A stretch of 32,000 nucleotides of DNA from an uncultured Ignavibacteriales bacterium. Lineage in GTDB: Bacteria > Bacteroidota > Ignavibacteria > Ignavibacteriales > Melioribacteraceae. Position numbers and translations under genes: made by a program. Of this stretch, positions 15,693-22,782 are shown piece by piece. Each line of letters begins with the position of its first letter. Positions within the stretch are counted from its first letter, which is position 1. The stretch is taken from assembly GCA_942492055.1 (NCBI GenBank), contig CALODP010000004.1:41827-73826 (forward strand), given 5' to 3'. The notes under the pieces are model-generated. The model had not been told where the DNA came from. It ran no database searches and saw only the letters and a program-made list of their open reading frames with translations.

Positions 15693-16426
15693 TGAAAAAA
15701 ATTATTTTTTTCTTTATTTGTGGCGTTTCTCTTAATTTCGGTCAGGTTAAATTCTGTGCTTCTTTCGAGGGAAATTATTTATTCTATAATGTTTCTGAAT
15801 TTGAGAAGATAAATAAAGTTATTTGTGATCGCCTCTGTTTTGATTCAGGTTTCCCATTTGAAATTGAAGAGAATTTTGATCATAGAATTTCATATTCATT
15901 TAAAATATCCAGAAATATATCTTCACCATTCAAGAATAACTTTCTTTATATTGGAGGAAATCTTTCTTTTCATTCCAATGCAAGTCGTGTGGCATATAGT
16001 GATTATTCCGGGCATGTTTATTATGATCAATTACTAAACTTTACTTCCTTTGGCGCTTTCTTATTAGGGAAACAGAAAAATTCTGATTTCTTTGGAATGG
16101 AAGTATTATTGATGATTAATTATGTAAGCTCGTCATATTCACATGAATCTTCAACTAAAATAATCAATTACACTGAGGAAGCTGATGAAATTGAATTCGT
16201 TTCCTCTTCTGCGGCTTTTGATTTTGCTTTCCGTCCATATTTCCTATGGAAAGATTTTCAAGTCGGTCTTAATTTCGCATATTCCATATATCTACCTTCC
16301 GAATTGAAGCTTAAGGATAGAGATGAGGGATATTTAACCAGAGACGGTAAAAAAGTAGAATTAAACCTTTCCGGGGCAAATATCGGTTTATTTCTCTCCT
16401 ATAATTTTAATTTGGATGAAAACTGA
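15692..16426 (+). CDS. small predicted outer-membrane beta-barrel protein, unknown function
   Basis: 244-aa ORF whose ATG overlaps the upstream stop (TAATG). Signal peptide MKKIIFFFICGVSLNFGQ. Alternating hydrophobic beta-strand pattern, with a terminal strand GANIGLFLSYNF ending in an aromatic residue. Confidence 0.55.
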   Translation: MKKIIFFFICGVSLNFGQVKFCASFEGNYLFYNVSEFEKINKVICDRLCFDSGFPFEIEENFDHRISYSFKISRNISSPFKNNFLYIGGNLSFHSNASRVAYSDYSGHVYYDQLLNFTSFGAFLLGKQKNSDFFGMEVLLMINYVSSSYSHESSTKIINYTEEADEIEFVSSSAAFDFAFRPYFLWKDFQVGLNFAYSIYLPSELKLKDRDEGYLTRDGKKVELNLSGANIGLFLSYNFNLDEN

Positions 16427-16500
16427 TGTTTTAGTTGATTTCTTTGTGTTGTTAAATCATGTATAATAATAATGTAATATTACTAAATTGGGCTTTTTAT

Positions 16501-17667
16501 ATGCGGAAATTTATTCTCATTTTATCTTTTTTTTATTGCGGAGCGATATTCTCTCAAAACATCCCTTCCGATTCATTAATTACTACTTTCATGTATGATT
16601 TTGAAAATGCCATTAACTCCGGTGATTCTGCCTATTTTGTTAATCATTTTGATACTGATGAATTCAGAAAAATTGTTCGCGGAAACTATACAATTCCCGA
16701 AAATCAAAATAAAATATTTGAAGATGCTACAAATCTTGCTGCGGGGTTGGCAATTGCTATAAAAGCGGAAATTGCAAAAGAAGGGAATTATACATTTCTT
16801 AAATACTATACCGTCGGAGATACTATTAAAGCTATCTATCGCCTTCTTCTTGGAGATGGAAGATTGAATTATCATAAATACGATATACTCTATTCCGACG
16901 AAAATGCCCGAATTGTCGATGTCTATTTCTATATTACCGGTGAATATGCTTCAAGATCTATCAGAAACGCTATTTTTCCGATTCTTCAAATCGATAATTC
17001 TTTAATTGGTAAAATAAATTATCTTACCAAGCTCATGATGGGGGATAGAAATAAATATATCGAAGGACTTACAAAAGTTAAGGAAATCAAGAATTGTATC
17101 GCTACAGGTGAATTTAAGAAGGGGATTGAGTTGTTTGAGTCCCTTCCCGATGAAATAAAGAATATGAAGTCTGCCAGAATATATCAAATAACCTTGACTA
17201 CCAATTATTCCGATTCAATGGCTATTAAGGCGATAGAAGAATATTCTTCTCTTTTTCCTGATGATCCCTCATTGTCTCTTCTCCTGATAGATTATTATTT
17301 TCTGAAAAAGGATTACAAAAAATCATTGGAAAATGTTGATCTTCTTATCCGGCATCTTCCCGAAGATGGTCATTTGCATGTGATAAAAAGTAATTTATTG
17401 GTTCAATTGGGTGAAATAGAGAAAGCAGTTTACGAATTGGAGCAATCTATTGAAGTAGAACCATACTATACGAACGGATATTACGAGAATCTCAATTATC
17501 TCATTACAGTTAAGAATTACCCGAAATTAGTTACTCTGCTATACAGATTTAAAGATTATCTCGGGCTTTATTATACTAAAGAGATGATGAAAAATGATCA
17601 GGGATTTTCCGAATTTATAAAATCGGAAGAATTCAAAAAAATCGATCCGAATTACTGGGAAGAATAG
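16501..17667 (+). CDS. secreted TPR-like repeat protein, unknown function
   Basis: I prefer the ATG at 16501 (MRKFILILSFFYCGAIFSQ signal peptide) over the track start at 16459. The C-terminal half has TPR-like helical repeats (LLLIDYYFLKKDYKKSLENVDLLI..., SNLLVQLGEIEKAVYELEQSIEVEP). Confidence 0.65.
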   Translation: MRKFILILSFFYCGAIFSQNIPSDSLITTFMYDFENAINSGDSAYFVNHFDTDEFRKIVRGNYTIPENQNKIFEDATNLAAGLAIAIKAEIAKEGNYTFLKYYTVGDTIKAIYRLLLGDGRLNYHKYDILYSDENARIVDVYFYITGEYASRSIRNAIFPILQIDNSLIGKINYLTKLMMGDRNKYIEGLTKVKEIKNCIATGEFKKGIELFESLPDEIKNMKSARIYQITLTTNYSDSMAIKAIEEYSSLFPDDPSLSLLLIDYYFLKKDYKKSLENVDLLIRHLPEDGHLHVIKSNLLVQLGEIEKAVYELEQSIEVEPYYTNGYYENLNYLITVKNYPKLVTLLYRFKDYLGLYYTKEMMKNDQGFSEFIKSEEFKKIDPNYWEE

Positions 17668-17692
17668 ATATAGTTTATTTATCTTCTTAATA

Positions 17693-17725
17693 TCGGGTTC
17701 CCATCTTAATGCGGGAATCCGATTT
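17693..17725 (+). terminator. rho-independent terminator candidate after the TPR gene
   Basis: TCGGGTTCCC (17693-17702) pairs with GGGAATCCGA (17713-17722), giving 10 bp with one G-U. The loop is 10 nt. TTT follows. It starts 26 nt after the stop codon. Confidence 0.55.
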
Positions 17726-18666
17726 GAAGATTTCTCCCATTTTTCGGGGTGAAAATTATTGCCCGATTTTATGGAACTTTTCACGCAAAACTCAATCCTC
17801 CCACAAAAGATCGATTTTATTCTGTTTGGAAGGATTATTCAATTTCCTGAAACGATATTCGCTAGCTACATTAAAGATCTGAATCTCTTTATCCGATATA
17901 TTATGAGAATATGCAGTATTCGGCGATTTTATTCGATATTATTAATCTATTTTCAAAAATCAACTCACTTTTTTCCATGTTCCGGTCATTATTCCTAATA
18001 TTTTTCCTCAGGATTTAATATTCATATCCGTTTTTCGATATTTCCCAGCTATTCTTTATTTACTCTTTTGGCTAAATGATTCTATAAAAGATGGAACGAT
18101 ATTCATTTGCTAATTAATCATTGCGCAAATATCGAAAGGAGATTTGAACTAACTAACGATTATTCGACATCAGAATGGATTATTTTCCGGTTCTTAATGG
18201 AATCCTATTTCCAAATTCTCTGTTATTATCATTGGAACCGGGTTTCATATCATTATGTTGTAAAATATTAGTAACTCTCATGAACTATTTCGGAATTATT
18301 CATGAACGGATATTGTTATGAAATCATGAGTGAGATGAACTATCAATTAGCGGGTATGGGGAAAAATATATTACTGAGTATGTGAACTTATTGGAACTAA
18401 TCTTTGAGTCATTATTGTTGGGAATTTTATAAGGAATCGGGAATATCTTTATGGATGTTATCAAAGATAGAATTTCACAACCGGTTTGAAGAGGAAACAG
18501 AAATATCTCATGAGAATAATGAACCGGGAATGGTAATTTGTTGTTATTCAAGAAAAGGACCGGTAAGTCATATTTGAGATATGTTAAGCGACTTAATTAC
18601 ACGATTACTCATAGTGTGGAATACATACAACTAATTAATAGCCTAACTAAATAAGAGGGGTTGCTC

Positions 18667-19356
18667 ATGAATGATAGTAATCTTAATGTGTTTAACATGG
18701 TTCTGGCTGTATTCGCTTATCTGAAAGGGAAATCGGACTCTTTTACTTTCCCCGAGGTTGTTACTACTGCGCTTAATGAACTTCAATCTCTGATACAACG
18801 GATTAAAGAATATAGTATGAAGCATGAAAGTATCAGTAAAGGTTTAGCGAAGGAGAAGGATTTGCTTCTTGATGATCTTGTGGAAAAAGTAATGTCCGTT
18901 ATCGGTCCGCTAAAGACATACGCGATTGAAAATAATCAAACCGCGCTATTCGATAAAGTTAACACCACATACTCCAAATTGCGCAATAAACGAGATTCTG
19001 AAATAGCTATCGGGTCTTCTAACTTATTACTCATTTCCAGAGATTATCAGGCTTCATTGGTTCTATACGGTGTTACTGATGATAATATTACTGTAGCGGA
19101 AGATAAGGTAACTGAATATGATGATTTTCGTCAGAAAATGGATATCGCGAATGCCGAAAAAATAGCGGCCAGGAAAGAATTAACGGCGTTACTTAAAGAA
19201 GCGAAAAAAATATTGACTCTTCGTCTTGATAATATGATGGAATTATATCGCGAATCGGAACCGGAAATGTATGCCGAATATAAAGCCGCTCGCGTTATTA
19301 AGAATTATCCTGCCCATCATAATACTTCTGATCCGGAAGATGAAGGGAATAATTAA
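18667..19356 (+). CDS. hypothetical all-helical cytoplasmic protein
   Basis: I prefer the ATG at 18667 (GAGGGG SD 7 nt upstream) over the TTG at 18661, giving 229 aa. No signal peptide. Charged helical composition with an acidic tail (SDPEDEGNN). No motif I can assign. Confidence 0.55.
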   Translation: MNDSNLNVFNMVLAVFAYLKGKSDSFTFPEVVTTALNELQSLIQRIKEYSMKHESISKGLAKEKDLLLDDLVEKVMSVIGPLKTYAIENNQTALFDKVNTTYSKLRNKRDSEIAIGSSNLLLISRDYQASLVLYGVTDDNITVAEDKVTEYDDFRQKMDIANAEKIAARKELTALLKEAKKILTLRLDNMMELYRESEPEMYAEYKAARVIKNYPAHHNTSDPEDEGNN

Positions 19357-19384
19357 TTTTTTTCTTCTTTGTAATCGATAAGTT

Positions 19385-19464
19385 TCGGAGTCATTCCATT
19401 AATAGGGTGAATTGGATTTTTTCTGTGAATTATTTAAAAAGGCGTTGGGAATGACTCCGATTTT
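19385..19464 (+). terminator. long-loop hairpin followed by TTTT downstream of the orphan gene
   Basis: TCGGAGTCATTCC (19385-19397) and GGAATGACTCCGA (19448-19460) are exact reverse complements (13 bp) with a 50-nt loop. TTTT follows at 19461-19464. Confidence 0.35.
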
Positions 19465-19706
19465 CAAATCTTATGAATCTCATTTTTGTATTTTCTATTT
19501 CAACGGTCTATTACCATAATGTAATCTCTTCCGAATTGAATGATTCGTAAAAATGATTATATGTTCTGAAATACAATCGATTAATTGGTCACAAATTGTT
19601 CGTTTATGACATACGATCTATATAATTAGTAATATTCCGGAATCGTAAGCATCTTATCAATAGAGTTTCTATATTGCTTAATATATTTTCCGTAGGGAGA
19701 GCAATC

Positions 19707-20663
19707 TTGAAAAATCCGGTCACTTTCATCTTCTTAATTCAGATGCTCCTATTTTCTGATTTGGTTCTTTCTCAAACCAATGATTGGCAATATTTCGGAG
19801 AAAATCCTCCCGATAGTATTCCAAAGGTTTTCGGAGAAGGTATCATTTCCACAAAAGGTTTGGAACATAGCAGTCCGGTTTTTACGGATGATTTGAAATC
19901 GTTTTATTGGGTGGCTATTAGAACAGATCTTGGATTGAGAAATAGAGAAATATATATAGCCGAATTTTCAGATAACAAATGGATAATCGGCAAGATGGAT
20001 TTCTGTAAAGAAGGGAATAACTATGATTCTCCTTTCCTCCATAAGAATAAACTATTATTTATTTCAAACCAATTTGCCGATAGTGCTACTCGAAATGAAA
20101 AGAAACATTGGATGTTGAAGAACGATTTTAAGATTTATTATGTCGGGATTTCCCACCGGGAAAAGATTAAGCTGTTTTTACCGGACAACATAATAAATAA
20201 AAAAATTATCTCTCCCTCATTTTCCGAAAACGGTAATATCTATTATGTAGCTTATTTGGATAATGTAGAACAAAATTGCGGGATATATCGCTTGAGGAAA
20301 ATTACGGAGAATAAATATATCGAAGAAGTTCTTCCGCCATGCATTAATTCCGAATATCAGGATTGGACTCCCTTTATTGCGCCGGATGAAAGCTATATTC
20401 TTTTCTCTTCAACCAGAGGAAAAGATAATAATGATTACGGCGATCTATATATATCATTTAATCAGGGGAATAACAATTGGAGCGAGCCAATCGGCCTGGG
20501 AGATAAGATTAATACTCCTGCTCAGGAAAGATTCCCTTATATATCTCCCGATTCGAAATACCTATTCTTTACAAGATCTACGGATAATAATAGTCATGAT
20601 ATCTTTTGGGTATCGGCAGATATTATTGAAAAACTGAAAAATGATTTCCGGAAATCGCGATAA
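19707..20663 (+). CDS. secreted PD40/TolB-like beta-propeller repeat protein
   Basis: I prefer the TTG at 19707 (AGGGAG SD 7 nt upstream) over the TTG at 19674. It gives MKNPVTFIFLIQMLLFSDLVLSQ as the signal peptide. PD40-type repeats: TPFIAPDESYILFSSTR and ERFPYISPDSKYLFFTRS. Confidence 0.65.
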   Translation: MKNPVTFIFLIQMLLFSDLVLSQTNDWQYFGENPPDSIPKVFGEGIISTKGLEHSSPVFTDDLKSFYWVAIRTDLGLRNREIYIAEFSDNKWIIGKMDFCKEGNNYDSPFLHKNKLLFISNQFADSATRNEKKHWMLKNDFKIYYVGISHREKIKLFLPDNIINKKIISPSFSENGNIYYVAYLDNVEQNCGIYRLRKITENKYIEEVLPPCINSEYQDWTPFIAPDESYILFSSTRGKDNNDYGDLYISFNQGNNNWSEPIGLGDKINTPAQERFPYISPDSKYLFFTRSTDNNSHDIFWVSADIIEKLKNDFRKSR

Positions 20664-20678
20664 AGGGATTATCGCGAT
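20654..20678. terminator. bidirectional hairpin spanning the stop codons of two convergent genes
   Basis: ATCGCGATAA (20654-20663) and TTATCGCGAT (20669-20678) are exact reverse complements with a 5-nt loop. Both genes end with the same codons, TCG CGA TAA (Ser-Arg-stop), inside the stem. Confidence 0.45.
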
Positions 20679-22705
20679 ATTCTCAAATCGGAATAGATTC
20701 TCAATAGAGCTGCCGCGGACCATGAGAAATTATTCGCTCTTAATCCTTTACCATCAATCGGGTTATAGTTTTCCCTTATTGATTTGTCCGAATTCATAAT
20801 TCCTTCCAATCTTTCGAAAACCAGATAGCTATATTTATCCGCCAAATCATTATATCCGTAATTTCTCATTCCTTTTAACGCGAATTGAATTTGATCGAGC
20901 CAGACAGTTCCGCGCCAATATCCGAGGGAAAATTCCGGTTCCGCTTTGGATAATGTTGGGAATGGAATATATGTCCCGAATTTCGAGGTGTCTGTCATTG
21001 TGGCAATTATATATTTCGCTTTCTCTTTATCACATGCTTCGCTAAACAGGGGAATCCATCCTTCTGACCCCTGTTTCTTTATCAGTTTTCCGGTAGTGAT
21101 ATTTCTGTCGTAGAAGTATTTTGTATCGGGATCATAGAATATTTTATTAATCTTCTCCTTGAGTGAACCGGCTTCGGATATATAGATAATTGAGTCTTTC
21201 TTTAATCGGAGTAATCCGGCGAATTTAGCCAAGATTCTCTTTTCCTGATAGAGAAATGAATTAAGATCCGACGATTCCTGATCGAGGGAATAGATACCTT
21301 CTGCTTTCTTTAATAGTTTGGACGAATCGAAACGAACGGCGTTATCCATTCCGCTTTCCCATTTCCCACCGATCAGATGATTATCGGTAGCTCCGTATTC
21401 GCATAGGCCGTTGTTATCGATATCTCTCTCCTTATACCACCAATTGTGGTATGAAACAAGTTTCGGAAAGAGTTCTTCGATGAACAAAGTGTCTTGAGTT
21501 GCTTTATATATTTCATCAACAGCCCATGAGGCCAAAGGAGGTTTTGTATTTAAAAGATTGTTCTCTTTGCTGTCGGAATAGATACAATCGGGTATCATTC
21601 CGTTTTCGGTCTGATGATCGAACATCGCTCGGATTTGATCCTTTGCCAACTCCTCATTGAAGAATATCAGCGCGGCGGAATGTTTCCAAGAATCCCAAGC
21701 CCAAAATCCGTTGAAATAACTTACGGAGGAGGATGGGAAGAGACCGTCATGGAATAAATCGCCGTATGGAGCTTTCCAATTATTTACCAAAGTCATTACA
21801 GCTTTTACGACAATAGGATGGTATTGTGGTAGATCGGAATAGTTTTTATTTGCCCGAATCGCTTCTTGCAAATATCCGTTCCATCTTTCTCGGTTTTTAT
21901 TGTAATAATCGTTCGCGTCGTGATGTAGAAAATCGAGAAAGTCGGTTGAATTCTTATCTCCGTAAAATATATATGAAGAGAAGATTTTCTCTTCCTTAGG
22001 GGGAATTGATATGTTTTTTATCGTTGCGAGGGAAGAGGATTCTTTCTCCGTAATCTCCAGTAGAGCCGATTCATGCTGAAAAGGGGCGTATGTAAGTATA
22101 TAGTTATTGTTTTGGTGAAGCTCATAATATTCGGAGTATTTATCATATCGGGCAGTTGAATTAACAATACCGTTCAATGTAATCGAAATATCCTTATCGG
22201 AATTGTTTTTCAGAAGAAGATCAATAGCTGTTTTATTCGTGCTTACGTAATAGAGTCTTATTTTGATATTCAGATCGGTAAACTCGTAATTCTGCTCCAA
22301 TAATCCGGGATATGTAGTTATTTCTCTTTTACCGGCTTCGGATAAGATATATTTCTTTTGAGTTCCGTTGTTAATTAGCTCAAAACCGAATAGTTTTTCT
22401 GAAAACCATCTGTTTTCGTCCGATAGAAAAGGGCCGCCGAAAAATCCGTAATCATCTTTAGCGGAATCGGCCGGCAAAGAAAAACCTGTCCATGCCCCCA
22501 GATCGGAAAAGAAAAACTCTTTACGATCATTTAAGGAATCGGGGAAGCCTTTGAAATCGAGTAGATTAGGGAAATTATAATTGATTTCTACATAATCTAT
22601 TATTTTCCCGGATGAATTTGATGTAAATTCTACGTTTCTTTCCGCAAGTATAATTACCGAAGTAAGGAGTATTAAGTAGAGAGTTAGAATGATTTTCTTT
22701 TTCAT
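20669..22705 (-). CDS. secreted six-hairpin (alpha/alpha)6 glycoside hydrolase, GH63/GH37-like (YgjK/trehalase superfamily)
   Basis: 678-aa ORF with signal peptide MKKKIILTLYLILLTSVIILA. Motifs recalled from this superfamily: GFWAWDSWKHS, KPPLASWA, WESGMDNAVRFD, GYWRGTVWLDQ, and ENYNP..G.G....FSWSAA near the C-terminus. Confidence 0.6.
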   Translation of the reverse strand: MKKKIILTLYLILLTSVIILAERNVEFTSNSSGKIIDYVEINYNFPNLLDFKGFPDSLNDRKEFFFSDLGAWTGFSLPADSAKDDYGFFGGPFLSDENRWFSEKLFGFELINNGTQKKYILSEAGKREITTYPGLLEQNYEFTDLNIKIRLYYVSTNKTAIDLLLKNNSDKDISITLNGIVNSTARYDKYSEYYELHQNNNYILTYAPFQHESALLEITEKESSSLATIKNISIPPKEEKIFSSYIFYGDKNSTDFLDFLHHDANDYYNKNRERWNGYLQEAIRANKNYSDLPQYHPIVVKAVMTLVNNWKAPYGDLFHDGLFPSSSVSYFNGFWAWDSWKHSAALIFFNEELAKDQIRAMFDHQTENGMIPDCIYSDSKENNLLNTKPPLASWAVDEIYKATQDTLFIEELFPKLVSYHNWWYKERDIDNNGLCEYGATDNHLIGGKWESGMDNAVRFDSSKLLKKAEGIYSLDQESSDLNSFLYQEKRILAKFAGLLRLKKDSIIYISEAGSLKEKINKIFYDPDTKYFYDRNITTGKLIKKQGSEGWIPLFSEACDKEKAKYIIATMTDTSKFGTYIPFPTLSKAEPEFSLGYWRGTVWLDQIQFALKGMRNYGYNDLADKYSYLVFERLEGIMNSDKSIRENYNPIDGKGLRANNFSWSAAALLRIYSDLRISR

Positions 22706-22782
22706 GATTCTTTTATCTTTAGAAAGAAAAAAAATATTTATAGTTTTGCATGAATACCATTTAGAAAATACGGATTATTAAG

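Noticed and set aside
16459-16500. Longer track starts for several secreted proteins: 16459, 18661, 19674, 25895 and 30035.
   Set aside because: Internal starts (16501, 18667, 19707, 25931, 30095) give canonical signal peptides and/or have better SD spacing. The extensions would bury the signal peptides. The choice remains unverified.
17770-17978. Possible decayed minus-strand gene. MEKSELIFENRLIISNKIAEYCIFS-stop is followed in another frame by ...HNISDKEIQIFNVASEYRFRKLNNPSKQNKIDLLWED-TGA-VLREKFHKIGQ. I also considered the idea that TGA is read through or recoded.
   Set aside because: It needs one frameshift and one in-frame stop, has no SD and no recognisable motif, and its composition is what AT-rich DNA gives by chance. 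TGA clearly serves as a stop for several well-supported genes here (e.g. 376, 2790, 4184), so recoding is not supported.
17759-18825. Track ORFs 17759-17998 (+), 18324-18551 (-) and 18643-18825 (-) in the large gap.
   Set aside because: The translations are low-complexity and hydrophobic/aromatic-rich, with no SD and no motifs. The last one is antisense to the start of the better-supported 18667 gene.
22741-22748. TAGTTTTG as a Bacteroidota-type -7 promoter element in the divergent glycosidase spacer.
   Set aside because: Not listed as a feature. It is a single 8-mer in AT-rich DNA, and many genes here use SD sequences, which is atypical for organisms with that promoter type. It is mentioned only as a hint within the glycosidase finding.
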